Assembly (NCBI GenBank): GCA_021432655.1 | Contig: MU271320.1 | Location: 40,928 to 93,447 of the forward strand | Reading direction: 5' to 3' | From: Atractiella rhizophila | Lineage: Eukaryota | Length of the DNA: 52,520 nucleotides | Shown here: positions 52,442-52,520 of the stretch, piece by piece | Layout: every line of letters begins with the position of its first letter | How positions within the stretch are numbered: the stretch's first letter is position 1 | Position numbers and translations under genes: made by a program | Notes under the pieces: model-generated | The model's database searches: none | The model's input: only the letters and a program-made list of their open reading frames with translations | What the model was told of the DNA's origin: nothing

Positions 52442-52520
52442 GTCCTTGGGCTTGATCAATATGTTGGGCCTGGTCCTGGGTGAATGAATGTTGGAATGTT
52501 GATGTTGCTTGTGATTCTGA

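Larger units (their letters stand above)
43036..52520. mobile_element. Putative large KDZ-class DNA transposon with cargo genes; right end not in the window
   Basis: Intact KDZ transposase, repeat-rich left boundary, and an abrupt switch from conserved housekeeping genes to orphan genes. The boundaries are inferred. Confidence 0.55.

Noticed and set aside
43200..52520. TET/JBP dioxygenase expected beside a KDZ transposase
   Set aside because: No HxD...H...R 2OG-Fe(II) signature was recognised in any ORF here. One could lie beyond the window edge.

Overview
Intron-rich, gene-dense fungal (basidiomycete-like) DNA. The single, unsplit dynein heavy chain suggests Pucciniomycotina (inference). 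Bases 1-42.5 kb form a housekeeping block: the 3' end of DBP10, ACC1, a spliced RRM gene, RPD3, a mitochondrial dicarboxylate carrier, an ankyrin/RRM-like orphan, an ECM15-like micro-exon gene, MRT4, ethanolamine-phosphate cytidylyltransferase, VMA7, mitochondrial bL21, a secreted germin-like cupin, cytoplasmic dynein heavy chain and a P-loop sulfotransferase-like gene. From about 43.0 kb to the window end the character changes. A nested-repeat, terminus-like sequence is followed by an apparently intact KDZ-class (Kyakuja-Dileera-Zisupton, CxC4/HMGXB3-like) transposase. Three orphan spliced genes with zinc-ligand motifs follow it, one encoding a GCN4-like basic region that lacks a leucine zipper. 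This looks like a large cargo-carrying transposon running off the right edge. Other oddities are a regularly spaced three-copy 20-bp motif in the long RPD3 intron and a locally divergent AAA1 module in dynein. All gene models were spliced by eye and no database searches were run.
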